NCBI GenBank assembly: GCA_963740355.1 | Contig: CAVUDW010000004.1 | Location: forward strand, 35,680-99,679 | Reading direction: 5' to 3' | DNA: 64,000 nt | DNA from: an uncultured Gemmatimonadaceae bacterium | GTDB lineage: Bacteria; Gemmatimonadota; Gemmatimonadetes; Gemmatimonadales; Gemmatimonadaceae | Translations under genes and position numbers: made by a program | In this document: positions 18,280 to 27,968 of the stretch, one piece after another | Layout: every line of letters starts with the position of its first letter | Position numbering within the stretch: the first letter of the stretch is position 1 | Notes under the pieces: model-generated | The model's database searches: none | What the model was told of the DNA's origin: nothing | The model's input: the letters and a program-made list of their open reading frames with translations, nothing else

Positions 18280-19992
18280 ATGCTGCTCGAACTGCGAATC
18301 CGCGACCTCGCGATCATTCGACAGGTGACGCTCCCGCTGGCGCCAGCCTTCAATGTGCTGAGTGGCGAGACTGGTGCCGGCAAGTCGATCATCGTCGGCG
18401 CACTCACCGTGCTCCTCGGCGATCGTGCCAGTGCTGACATGGTGCGCACCGGTGCTGACCGGGCGACCGTCGAAGGGGTGTTCGATGTGGCGGAGCAGCG
18501 CGACGTTCTCGAGGCGCTCGATGAACGTGGCCTCGAGCATGAACATGGCACGTTGGTATTGAAGCGGGAGATCGCGCCGGGGCGTGCGCGCGCCTGGATC
18601 AATGGTACGCCGGTCACGGCCACCGTTCTTGGCGAGATCGGTCGGTTGCTCGTCACGGTCCATGGTCAACACGAAGCGCACACGCTGCTCGATGCCTCAT
18701 CGCAACGGCGCTGGCTCGACGCCACCGCGGGGGCGCTGCCCTTGGCGAAGGATGTTGCCACTCGCCACGCCACCGTGCTAGCGGCGCGTGTCGCAATCGC
18801 TGAACGGCGCTCGCGCCAACGCGAGGCAGAACAGCGCGCCGACTTTCTGCGACACGTCGTCGATGAGATCGAGAAGGCGCAGCTGGTTGCAGGCGAAGAT
18901 GAGCGGCTGACCGAGGAGCTGCAGCGCCTCGAGCATGCAGATGAATTGCGTGCGATTGCCGAGCAGGTGGTGCGACGGCTCGACGGCGGTGACGATGACG
19001 GCGGTGGCCTGGTGCAGCAGCTGGGGACGATCCAGCGCCTGCTCTCGCAGCTTCGGCGAATCGATGGCGGCGCCGATCGCCTCGCGCAGCTCGCCGACGA
19101 AGCGGCATATGCACTGGAAGAGTTGCTGCGTGATGCAGGCACCTATGCGTCTGGCGTGGAGCTCGATCCAGAACGGCTGGTCGAGGCGCAGCGCCGCCGG
19201 GATGTGGTGTTCCGGTTGCTGAAGAAGTACGGTCCCAGCCTCGCAGATGTGCTCGCGGAGGCGAGCGCTGCGCGTGAGGCACTTCGGCTCGTGGATGATG
19301 CCGAGGCGGACCTGCGCCGGCTGCACGATGAGTTGCATGCAGCACAGGAGTCGTTCGGGCACGCGGCCGCTGAGCTCACGAAGGCGCGGCGCAAGAGCGC
19401 CGAGTTGCTGGCCGCCACGGTCTCCGCGCAGCTCCCGGCACTGGGATTGCCCGAGGGGCGATTCATCGTCGCACTGCCGCCGCGTGATGAGCCGGGACCG
19501 ACGGGCAACGAAGAAGTGGAGTTTCGTGTGGCCCTCAACGCCGGACACGAAGCCCGCCCCCTGTCACGCGTGGCGAGTGGCGGCGAATTGTCGCGTGTGA
19601 TGCTGGCGCTGGCCAGTACGCAGGCCGCGCAGGGGAGCGTACCGACGCTGGTGTTCGACGAGATCGATGCCGGCATCGGCGGGCGGGTCGGACAGCAGGT
19701 CGGTGATGCGTTGCGTGCGCTCGCCTCGCGCCACCAGGTGTTCGCCATCACGCACTTGCCGCAGCTCGCATCGCGCGCCCATCACCACATCGTGGTGGAG
19801 AAGGGCACGGCCGATGGGGTGACGTCGACTGACGTTCGGGTCGTCACCGGTGACGAGCGCGCGAGCGAAGTCGCGCGCATGCTTGGCGGCGATCCATCGA
19901 GCACGGTTGGCGTTGCGCACGCCGAAGAACTCTTGCGCGGCAATGCGCCACCGATGTCGAAGGCGCCCGCCCGTGCCACCAGGCGACGTTAG
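18280..19992 (+). CDS. recN: DNA repair protein RecN
   Basis: Walker A GETGAGKS, HGQH, SGGELSR, FDEIDAGIGG, ITHLPQLA. Confidence 0.96.
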   Translation: MLLELRIRDLAIIRQVTLPLAPAFNVLSGETGAGKSIIVGALTVLLGDRASADMVRTGADRATVEGVFDVAEQRDVLEALDERGLEHEHGTLVLKREIAPGRARAWINGTPVTATVLGEIGRLLVTVHGQHEAHTLLDASSQRRWLDATAGALPLAKDVATRHATVLAARVAIAERRSRQREAEQRADFLRHVVDEIEKAQLVAGEDERLTEELQRLEHADELRAIAEQVVRRLDGGDDDGGGLVQQLGTIQRLLSQLRRIDGGADRLAQLADEAAYALEELLRDAGTYASGVELDPERLVEAQRRRDVVFRLLKKYGPSLADVLAEASAAREALRLVDDAEADLRRLHDELHAAQESFGHAAAELTKARRKSAELLAATVSAQLPALGLPEGRFIVALPPRDEPGPTGNEEVEFRVALNAGHEARPLSRVASGGELSRVMLALASTQAAQGSVPTLVFDEIDAGIGGRVGQQVGDALRALASRHQVFAITHLPQLASRAHHHIVVEKGTADGVTSTDVRVVTGDERASEVARMLGGDPSSTVGVAHAEELLRGNAPPMSKAPARATRRR

Positions 19993-21686
19993 CGTCGCGG
20001 GTAGAGCCGGATCTGGAGCTGGTGGATCGACAGCTTCGCCACGTTGCCTCCAGTGCCCGAGATGGTGCGGGAGTTGAAGTACTGGAATTCGATCGGCAGT
20101 TTCGCCTTGCCGCGAGCATGTGCCGCGACACTGGAAAATGTGATTCCGAATCCGAGCCGCTGCTCGGTCGCTGCCGTTTCGTACGCCAGGGTGCTGGCAT
20201 CCAGCGTCACCGGTGCCGCCAGACCTGATTCGGTGGGCGACACGACGTAGGTCCCGCTGAACTTGTCCTCGGCCTTGTTCCGGTACAGGTACTGGGCGCC
20301 CACCGAGAAGAAGTCGCTCAAGACCCAGCGCGGGGTGACCTCGATCTCGAGCTGATCACCGAGGTCGCGGTTCACCACGCGCTGCCGCCACGATGCGGCG
20401 AAGACCTCGTTCGGTTGATCGGTGATCCGGCGGATCGGTTGGTCGGCCATCTGCACCGTGTAGCGTGCGATCACGGAGGTGAAGAACTTTCGCCCGTAAA
20501 CGACATCCGTGAACGACCGCACCTCGATGTCATTCTGCCCCTGTCCGGTTCCTATGTCGAGAAAGTCATCCGGCTGATCGATCGTGCCCGTGCCGAAACG
20601 GTAGGCACCGGCAAAGCTTTGCCGAAGATTCAAGCCGGACGGAAGGAATCGCGTGGTGTCGCTGCGCATCCCGAAGGTGTCGAACAGGCGTACCTTCACC
20701 GATGCCTCGACATCGCCAAGTCCCTGATGCGTGATCGTGCCGAGTGGCGCGGCATTGATGCCGAAGAGCGTATCGCCCACGACGCGTTGCAGCCCGTCGG
20801 GGGTCAGTCCGGCGGTTGGTCGTGAGGGCAGGGAAGTCGCGGCCAGGGCCGTGATGCCGTACTGCGTGAATTGCGTGCGGAAGGTGCTGAGCCGATTGAG
20901 GATCGCCGAGTCTGCAGCACTGCCGGCGATCGGCACGAACAGCGAGCCATTGGTGCGCGTCGTGCCATACACCGCGCGCACCGCGTTCTCGAAATCGGTC
21001 GCACCGGCTGTGATCGTGGGTGCGTTCGCGATCACGCTGGCACATGATGCATTCGACCCGGGATTTGCCGTGCACGATGCCAGCAAGGCGGCCAGCTGCG
21101 TCCGGGCGGCGTTCAGCTGAGTCACGAGCAACAGGTTGGCCGCCGCCGGGCTGTCGCCATCGCGCGCAGGGTTGATGCTCACCGTGCCAGCCGCCGTGCC
21201 GCCGTTCACATTCAACAACACCTGCTTCCTCGCGCTCACGATCGGAACCATCACACCGATCGAGAGCCAGTTCGTGAGGCCAGCCTCCAGCGCGATCGGG
21301 GTCGTCTGCACCCGCACACTCGAGACCATGTTCGATCGACCGAGGCTCAATCGGAAGGCACTGTTCCCGGTCAGCGTCCGAATCGCACTCTGCACCGACG
21401 ACAAGCCTGGAAACTGCGGAATGCCGAGCGAGTCGGATGTGAAGTCGCCATCCAGCGGCTCCAGCGACCCATCGGCGCGACCTGGGGTGCCCTTGCCATA
21501 GCGCTGGCTGAAGTCCGTGATCGACGTGCTCAACTGCACCCGGATCGCGCCGCGTGGTGCGGTGAGTGCGTCGTCACCAAGGCCGCGAACCGGTTGGGCC
21601 GTGAGTGCCGGACCAACGCAGGCGATCGACACCGCCAGCGCACACGCAAACGCACCCAGTCGCATAAGTTGACGAGTCTCGAGCAA
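19989..21686 (-). CDS. Exported hypothetical protein, probable outer-membrane beta-barrel/transporter-like (start may be ATG 21665)
   Basis: Signal peptide; alternating beta-strand stretches; GLGDVE motif; helical insert with a Cys pair. Confidence 0.65.
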   Translation of the reverse strand: MLETRQLMRLGAFACALAVSIACVGPALTAQPVRGLGDDALTAPRGAIRVQLSTSITDFSQRYGKGTPGRADGSLEPLDGDFTSDSLGIPQFPGLSSVQSAIRTLTGNSAFRLSLGRSNMVSSVRVQTTPIALEAGLTNWLSIGVMVPIVSARKQVLLNVNGGTAAGTVSINPARDGDSPAAANLLLVTQLNAARTQLAALLASCTANPGSNASCASVIANAPTITAGATDFENAVRAVYGTTRTNGSLFVPIAGSAADSAILNRLSTFRTQFTQYGITALAATSLPSRPTAGLTPDGLQRVVGDTLFGINAAPLGTITHQGLGDVEASVKVRLFDTFGMRSDTTRFLPSGLNLRQSFAGAYRFGTGTIDQPDDFLDIGTGQGQNDIEVRSFTDVVYGRKFFTSVIARYTVQMADQPIRRITDQPNEVFAASWRQRVVNRDLGDQLEIEVTPRWVLSDFFSVGAQYLYRNKAEDKFSGTYVVSPTESGLAAPVTLDASTLAYETAATEQRLGFGITFSSVAAHARGKAKLPIEFQYFNSRTISGTGGNVAKLSIHQLQIRLYPRR

Positions 21687-21783
21687 GAGTCAGTCCAGTG
21701 ATCGATCCGCTCGCACGAGGCGCCACCGGTGTGGCCAGACTGCCTGTCGAGCATTCGCCGGTCAATTTACCTCGATACACCGC

Positions 21784-23559
21784 ATGGACCGCATTCCGCT
21801 CCCGAGTGTTCCCTGGCAACTGACCGGCAATCACTGGCTGGCATTGCCCTGTATTCACCCCGCGACGGGGGCCATCCATCGGATGAGCGTCCTGCATCGC
21901 GGTGCTCGTGCGGCGCTCGAGTTCGTCGCATCTGACACCGAGAACGGCAGCGACGCCCCGCTGCTCCGACCGACGATGGTCGTCGATGGCGAAGCGGTTG
22001 CACTTGGCGCGACGGGCATGGCCTGGGAGCGTGCGCTCGGCTGGCTGCCGACCTTCACCTGCACCGTTGGCTCACTGCTGGTGCGCGGCATGGTCTTCTG
22101 CCCGTTCGGACGTGACGCTGACATGGCAGGTGCCGTGTACACGTTCGCGATCGAGAATCGCGGGACGAAGGCGCGGACGGTGACGCTGGCGCTGGAAGGT
22201 GACGGCGGGGCGCTGGTTCCACGCGTCCGACGTGCGCGTCCGGCGGCGGGACGGTTGCAGGGTGCCGTGGCGGAAGGCGTCGTGGTGCTCGATCCCGGCG
22301 TGACGCCTGGTCTGGCGGCCTTTGCGCTCGCCGCCGATGGCGACGGCGAGGTGAGTGCGTCGGCGTCCGGTGCCGCACGGCTGGCGCGTACCGTCACCTT
22401 GGCGCCTGGTGCACGCGATGAACTTGCTTTCTACCTCGCGGCGGGGCCCGAGCGCGATGGCGCGATCGCCACGTCGGCGGCCATGCGCCGTCGCGGGTGG
22501 CAGTGGCTGCTCTCCGCAACCCGTGACGCGCTCACGGCTCTCCAGCAATCCACCGGGAGCGAGTCACTCGACCGGCTGGTCAACGCCAATCTGCTCTTCG
22601 CCTATTTCTATGCCGTCGGTCGCGCACTGGATGATGCCCATTTCTACCTGATGCGCACACGCGTGCCTTGGCATCCCGCGGGCGTCACGATGCGTGAGTG
22701 GGACGCATTGATGATGACGCTGCCCGCCGTGCAGATGGCCGATCCGGGGCTCGCGCGTGAACTTTTGTTGCGCATGTGCGAACTGCACGGCTACGCACCG
22801 GGGCGTGGTACCCACTATTTCGATGGCACGATGTTCGAGCCTGCCTTTTCGCTCGAAGGTGCCGCCGCGTATGTGCTGGCCGTCGATCGCTACACCGCGG
22901 AGTCGAAGGACGACCAGATCATCGACGATCCAGTTCTCGCCGACACGCTTTACCTGGTGAATGACGAGTTGGCAGAGCGGCGGAACGCCGAGTTGCCGCT
23001 GTACTCCACCGAAGTGACGCCGGCCGGTGTCGTGCCGCCGCAACCGTACACCGCGCACGCGAACGGCGTCGCGGCGCTGGCGCTCGACATCCTGCGGCGG
23101 ACGCTCGACGAGGAAACGTCGCGTGACGTGCCCGATGGTGAGGCCGTTCGAGCCACACTGCAGCGCACGTTCGAGCGAAGCGAGGGCGGGAAGAAGACGC
23201 TCTGCACCGCGGTGGACCTGAGCGGCGCGGAGTCGCGACACGACGACGCCATCGGATCGCTGCTCTGGCTGCCGATGTATGGCGGCATCGACGCCGACGA
23301 TGCCGTGTTCAAGCGCACCGCGCGCGCGCTGGCGACGCCGACGACTGAACTATCAACGATCATTGCGCGCCTCTGTGGTCCGGACAGCGTGGCGGTGCTG
23401 GAGTGGCTCCGCCGGGCGCCACTCGACGGCGGTGTGGCCGCGGAGTTCGTGGATGCCGATGGACGCGCCATCGCCAATGGCGGAGATGCGGCGCTGGCGG
23501 GCCTCCTTGCCGCGACCGTGTGCTGGCTGACACGCCCTACGGGGCCCGATGGTCCGTAG
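21784..23559 (+). CDS. (alpha/alpha)6 glycoside hydrolase-like protein (GH125/DUF1237-like, divergent)
   Basis: N-terminal beta-rich region followed by a helical domain with D..LARELL, HY.DG...EP.F.LE, DD..GSLLWL motifs; family call from recollection. Confidence 0.55.
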   Translation: MDRIPLPSVPWQLTGNHWLALPCIHPATGAIHRMSVLHRGARAALEFVASDTENGSDAPLLRPTMVVDGEAVALGATGMAWERALGWLPTFTCTVGSLLVRGMVFCPFGRDADMAGAVYTFAIENRGTKARTVTLALEGDGGALVPRVRRARPAAGRLQGAVAEGVVVLDPGVTPGLAAFALAADGDGEVSASASGAARLARTVTLAPGARDELAFYLAAGPERDGAIATSAAMRRRGWQWLLSATRDALTALQQSTGSESLDRLVNANLLFAYFYAVGRALDDAHFYLMRTRVPWHPAGVTMREWDALMMTLPAVQMADPGLARELLLRMCELHGYAPGRGTHYFDGTMFEPAFSLEGAAAYVLAVDRYTAESKDDQIIDDPVLADTLYLVNDELAERRNAELPLYSTEVTPAGVVPPQPYTAHANGVAALALDILRRTLDEETSRDVPDGEAVRATLQRTFERSEGGKKTLCTAVDLSGAESRHDDAIGSLLWLPMYGGIDADDAVFKRTARALATPTTELSTIIARLCGPDSVAVLEWLRRAPLDGGVAAEFVDADGRAIANGGDAALAGLLAATVCWLTRPTGPDGP

Positions 23560-23565
23560 GTGCGC

Positions 23566-23594
23566 TTGTCGGCGTGTCCCGAGGTGCCTATACT
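23566..23594 (+). promoter_or_regulatory. Sigma-70 promoter of the tRNA pair
   Basis: TTGTCG-17 bp-TATACT, 9 bp upstream of tRNA-Gly. Confidence 0.7.
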
Positions 23595-23603
23595 GCCCTC
23601 CAC

Positions 23604-23676
23604 GCGGGAATAGCTCAGTTGGTAGAGCACAACCTTGCCAAGGTTGGGGTCGCGGGTTCGAGTCCCGTTTCCCGCT
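23604..23676 (+). tRNA. tRNA-Gly(GCC)
   Basis: GCGGGAATAGCTCAGTTGGTAGAGC...anticodon loop TTGCCAA...GGTTCGAGTCCCGTTTCCCGCT; CCA not encoded. Confidence 0.97.
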
Positions 23677-23690
23677 CTGGGAGTAGTCTG

Positions 23691-23721
23691 ACGGGAGCGG
23701 CGCGTGCCGCTCCCGTTTTTT
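23691..23721 (+). terminator. Intrinsic terminator between tRNA-Gly and tRNA-Leu
   Basis: ACGGGAGCGGC-GCGT-GCCGCTCCCGT followed by a T run. Confidence 0.75.
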
Positions 23722-23724
23722 GTT

Positions 23725-23809
23725 GCCCGGGTGGCGGAAATGGTGAGACGCGGGGGACTTAAAATCCCCTGACCGCAAGGTCGTGTGGGTTCGATTCCCA
23801 CCCCGGGTA
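23725..23809 (+). tRNA. tRNA-Leu(TAA)
   Basis: Acceptor GCCCGGG/CCCGGGT; anticodon arm GGGGA-CTTAAAA-TCCCC; long variable arm; T arm GTGGG-TTCGATT-CCCAC. Confidence 0.95.
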
Positions 23810-23839
23810 TCTCGACGCTGAACACGCTAGTTTGCGCGC

Positions 23840-24835
23840 ATGACTGACGTACTCGCGCTCGCCTCTGAACTGCTCGCCATCCATTCGCCCTCCGGCGGCG
23901 AAGGACCGGCCATCGATTTCGTCAGCCGCTGGCTGCTCGCCAAGGGCTGGAATGTCCACGTGCAGGAAGTGTCACCGGGACGTGGCAACGTCTGGGCGAC
24001 ACGTCGCGGCGGAGGGGTCACGCTCTCCACGCACCTCGACGTGGTGCCGCCGTACATCCCACCGCGACTCGATGGCGACAAGCTCTTTGGCCGCGGCTCC
24101 TGCGACGCCAAGGGAATCGCGGCCGCCATGATGGTGGCCGCCGAACGTCTCGCTGCGGAAGGCGAGGAGCGCGTCGACCTGTTGTTTGTCGTGGGTGAGG
24201 AAAAGGGCTCCGACGGCGCACGCGCGGCGAATCATCTGCCGGCCACCAGTCGGTTCCTGATCAATGGCGAGCCCACCGAAAGCATCCTCGCCTCTGGCTG
24301 CAAAGGCTCGATGCGCGTGATGGTGCGCACACGCGGACGAGAAGCGCATTCGGCGTATCCGCAACTCGGCATTTCAGCCATCGAGCCGATGCTGAAACTC
24401 CTGCCGACGGTGCACGCACTGCCGTTGCCCACCGATGCCATCCTCGGCGAGACGACGGTCAACATCGGCGTGATTCGCGGTGGCACGGAAGCGAACATCA
24501 TTCCCGGCATGTGCGAGGCCGAATTGATGTTTCGACTCGTGAGTGACCCGGCGCCACTGCGTGCGGCGATCGAGCAGTGGGTCGATGGCATTGCGACGCT
24601 GGAATGGGGCTCGTACATCCCGGCGCAGCACTTTCACACCGTGCCAGGTTTCGAGGCACGGCCGGTCTCGTACACCTCCGACATTCCGCTCTTGCCGCGC
24701 TGGGGCACGCCGCTCCTCTTCGGCCCCGGGTCGATTCACGTCGCGCACACCGATCACGAGTTCGTCTCGGCGCCGGAGTTGCGCGCCAGTGTCGACACCT
24801 ACATGGCGCTCACGCGCACGCTCCTGGGATCGTAA
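23840..24835 (+). CDS. M20 family metallo-hydrolase (ArgE/DapE-like; likely DapE role by context)
   Basis: STHLDVVPP, GRGSCDAKG, VGEE, GEPT, GREAHSAYP, AHT..E motifs; heads the lysine cluster. Confidence 0.85.
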   Translation: MTDVLALASELLAIHSPSGGEGPAIDFVSRWLLAKGWNVHVQEVSPGRGNVWATRRGGGVTLSTHLDVVPPYIPPRLDGDKLFGRGSCDAKGIAAAMMVAAERLAAEGEERVDLLFVVGEEKGSDGARAANHLPATSRFLINGEPTESILASGCKGSMRVMVRTRGREAHSAYPQLGISAIEPMLKLLPTVHALPLPTDAILGETTVNIGVIRGGTEANIIPGMCEAELMFRLVSDPAPLRAAIEQWVDGIATLEWGSYIPAQHFHTVPGFEARPVSYTSDIPLLPRWGTPLLFGPGSIHVAHTDHEFVSAPELRASVDTYMALTRTLLGS

Positions 24836-25915
24836 GTGACCGTTCCTCACCCGTTCAACGGCCAGCGACTCCCCGTCGCCATTCTCGGTGCCACCGGCAT
24901 GGTGGGGCAGACATTCGTCCGTCTGCTTGCCGATCATCCCTGGTTCACGGTCACCACGGTAGCCGCATCCGAACGGTCCGCGGGCAAGCCGTACGCTGAT
25001 GCGGCGAACTGGCTCGAGGGCGAGATGCCGGCTTCGGTGCGCGACCTGATCGTGCAGCCGTGCGATCCTGCCGTCATCACGGAGTCCGTCGTCTTCTCTG
25101 CGCTCGATAGCGGCCCGGCACAGGAGCTCGAGCCAGCGTTTGCGCAGAAGGGCGCGATCGTCCTGTCGAATGCCAAGAGCTATCGCATGGCTCCCGATGT
25201 GCCCTTGCTGATTCCGGAGATCAACGCATCGCACCTTGCGCTGCTTGATCTCCAGCGCCAGCAGCGCGGCTGGACGGGCGCCATCGTGACGAACGCCAAT
25301 TGCGCCACGATCGTGCTTGCGATGGCACTGGCGCCACTGCACGCGGCGTTCGGGGCGCGGCGCCTGTTCGTCGCCACCATGCAGGCCGTCTCCGGTGCAG
25401 GATATCCCGGTGTGTCGTCGCTCGACATCCTCGGCAACGTGATTCCGTACATCGGTGACGAAGAACCGAAGCTCGAGACCGAAGGCCAGAAGATTCTCGG
25501 CGCGATCACCGCGAACGGGGTGACCGCCGCACCGTTCGTGATCAGTGCGCACACGAACCGTGTGGCCGTCGAGCACGGCCACACAGTCTGCATGTCCATC
25601 GAGTTCGAACAGCCGGTCACCCCGGAGCAGGCGCTCGAGGTGTTGCGTACCTGGAAGGGTGATCCTGCGTCGCACGGCTTGCCATCGTCACCGCCGATGC
25701 CGCTGGTGGTGCACACGTCACTCAATCGGCCGCAGCCGCGGCGCGACGTGAACGAGGACGGCGGCATGAGCGTACACGTCGGTCGCGTGCGGAGCGACCC
25801 GCAGTTTCACCTGCGCCTGGTCGCGATGGGCCACAACGTGATTCGCGGGGCAGCCGGCGCCTCGATCCAGAACGCAGAGCTGCTGGCCGCTCGCGGCGTG
25901 ATTCGCCTGGCATGA
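24836..25915 (+). CDS. asd: Aspartate-semialdehyde dehydrogenase (archaeal/eukaryotic-like subtype)
   Basis: LGATGMVGQ..LLADHPWF, NANCAT, MQAVSGAGYPG, GHNVIRGAAGAS. Confidence 0.94.
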   Translation: MTVPHPFNGQRLPVAILGATGMVGQTFVRLLADHPWFTVTTVAASERSAGKPYADAANWLEGEMPASVRDLIVQPCDPAVITESVVFSALDSGPAQELEPAFAQKGAIVLSNAKSYRMAPDVPLLIPEINASHLALLDLQRQQRGWTGAIVTNANCATIVLAMALAPLHAAFGARRLFVATMQAVSGAGYPGVSSLDILGNVIPYIGDEEPKLETEGQKILGAITANGVTAAPFVISAHTNRVAVEHGHTVCMSIEFEQPVTPEQALEVLRTWKGDPASHGLPSSPPMPLVVHTSLNRPQPRRDVNEDGGMSVHVGRVRSDPQFHLRLVAMGHNVIRGAAGASIQNAELLAARGVIRLA

Positions 25916-27270
25916 TCATCAGCAAGTTCGGCGGCACGTCGGTTGCCGACGCCGCGGCCATCGTCAGGACCGCAGAGATCGTGCGCGGCCGACTCGATCG
26001 TCGCCCGATCGTCGTCGTGTCGGCGCTGGCCGGTGTGACGAATGCGTTGCTCGGCATCGCACGCCAGGCGAGCGAGGGAAATTTCATCTCGGCCGTCTCC
26101 AGCGTGCAGGCGCTCCGCGAACGCCATCTCGTCGAGGTCGAGGCGTTGCTTGGCGACTCGCCGGAACAGAATGAGATCGGCGCCGAGGTGAGCGTGATCT
26201 TCGATGAGCTGGCCTCGCTCTGCGAAGCGCTGTCGGTGCTGGGGTTCATCACCGCTCGCAGCCTCGACGCCATTGCCGGCATGGGTGAACGTGCATCATC
26301 GATGCTGGTCGCCGCAGCGTTCCGTGCGCGGGGCATCGACGCGGTGCATGTCGATGCCCGGAAGGTGATGATCACCGACGACAACTACGGCCGCGCCGAG
26401 CCGCAGCCGGAGGCGATTGCGGTTGCCGCGCGCAGCATCGTCGCGCCCATCGTGCATGACGGCAAGGTGCCGGTCATGGGTGGCTACATCGGGTCCAGCA
26501 CGGAAGGCATCACCACGACCCTCGGTCGCGGCGGATCCGATTACAGCGCGTCGCTGATCGGCGCCGGGCTGCAAGCGGAATCGATCGAGATCTGGACCGA
26601 TGTCGATGGCATGCTGACCGCTGATCCCCGTGTCGTGCCGACCGCTCGACCGATCGAGCAGATTCGTTTCGACGAGGCGAGCGAGTTGGCCAGCTTTGGC
26701 GCCAAGGTGCTGCATCCGGCGACCATCGCACCGGCCGTTCGACTTGGGATTCCCGTCTGGATCTACAACTCGCGGAACCCGGGCGGGCACGGCACGCGCA
26801 TCACCTTCGACGCCCCGCGGCGCTCGGTGACGGCGATTGCCGCCAAGCGCGACACCACGATCTTGCGCGTCGCCACTGGCAAGATGCTCTTCCAGCATGG
26901 CTTCCTGCGTCGTGTGTTCGAGCTGTTTGACGAACACTCGGTGTCGGTGGATGTGGTCGCGACCAGCGAAGTCTCGGTTTCCGTCACCGTCGACGACTCG
27001 GCTCCGCTCGATGTGCTGCTCGGCGCGCTGCGCCAGATCGGCGACGTGTCGGTCGAGCGGCGACGCGCCATCGTCAGCGTGGTTGGTTCTGGCATTGCGG
27101 ACGACGCGGATGCGATGGGCACCGTGTTGCGGGCGCTCGGGCATCGCCGGATTCACATGCTGTCGCTGAGCGCAAGCGCCATCAACCTGACCATCCTGCT
27201 CGACGACGCCGACGTCCCGGATGCCATGCGTGCGCTGCATGCGGCCCTCTTCGAGGCGTCGTCGTCGTGA
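25912..27270 (+). CDS. lysC: Aspartate kinase
   Basis: KFGGTSV, TTLGRGGSDYSA, WTDVDG, FGAKVLHP; C-terminal ACT domains. Confidence 0.94.
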   Translation: MIISKFGGTSVADAAAIVRTAEIVRGRLDRRPIVVVSALAGVTNALLGIARQASEGNFISAVSSVQALRERHLVEVEALLGDSPEQNEIGAEVSVIFDELASLCEALSVLGFITARSLDAIAGMGERASSMLVAAAFRARGIDAVHVDARKVMITDDNYGRAEPQPEAIAVAARSIVAPIVHDGKVPVMGGYIGSSTEGITTTLGRGGSDYSASLIGAGLQAESIEIWTDVDGMLTADPRVVPTARPIEQIRFDEASELASFGAKVLHPATIAPAVRLGIPVWIYNSRNPGGHGTRITFDAPRRSVTAIAAKRDTTILRVATGKMLFQHGFLRRVFELFDEHSVSVDVVATSEVSVSVTVDDSAPLDVLLGALRQIGDVSVERRRAIVSVVGSGIADDADAMGTVLRALGHRRIHMLSLSASAINLTILLDDADVPDAMRALHAALFEASSS

Positions 27271-27968
27271 CGGTGCGAATCGCCCTTTTCGGCGCAGGTC
27301 GCCTCGGGCGCGAAATCCTCGCGTTGGCGCCTGATCGCGGCGCGCAGGTCGTGGCAACGTTCGGTCGGTCCGCGCCGGCAACGGAGGCGGGGTTGCGAGA
27401 GTGCCACGCGGATGTCGCAATCGATGTCAGTGTGGCGGAAGCGGTGGCTGCGAACGCCAATCTCTGCATGACGGTTGGGATCCCCACTGTCATCGGTGTA
27501 ACTGGATGGGACGCTGACGTACCCGAGCTGCAGCGTGCCGTCGCAGCCGCACGCGCGGGCGTGCTGGTGGCCCCGAATTTCAGTATCGGCGCAACACTGT
27601 TTTCGATGGCCGTCGCCGATGCGGCGCGCCGGTTTTCTGCCGCCCTTGGCTTCGACGCGCACATCGTCGAGACGCATCACGCCATGAAGAAGGATGCGCC
27701 CTCGGGGACGGCGCGCCGCCTCGCCCAGCTGTCGAAGGACAGTCGAGGCAGCGATGTGCCGGTGACGAGCGTACGGGTCGGGTATGTGCCAGGTGTGCAC
27801 ACCCTGGTGCTCGATGCGCCGTTCGAACAGGTGACACTGACGCATGAGGCGCGTGATCGACGCGTGTTTGCCGACGGCGCGCTGCGGGCTGCGGAATGGA
27901 TGCAGGGCAGGACCGGCTGGTTCACGATGGATGACGTGGTACTCGATCTGACCGGGAACTTGCCATGA
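27267..27968 (+). CDS. dapB: 4-hydroxy-tetrahydrodipicolinate reductase
   Basis: G.GRLG, VIGVTGW, APNFSIG, ETHHAMKKDAPSGTA. Confidence 0.93.
   Translation: MTVRIALFGAGRLGREILALAPDRGAQVVATFGRSAPATEAGLRECHADVAIDVSVAEAVAANANLCMTVGIPTVIGVTGWDADVPELQRAVAAARAGVLVAPNFSIGATLFSMAVADAARRFSAALGFDAHIVETHHAMKKDAPSGTARRLAQLSKDSRGSDVPVTSVRVGYVPGVHTLVLDAPFEQVTLTHEARDRRVFADGALRAAEWMQGRTGWFTMDDVVLDLTGNLP

Noticed and set aside
23604..23839. tRNA genes as integration site of a genomic island
   Set aside because: No integrase and no duplicated tRNA 3' end noticed; downstream genes are core.
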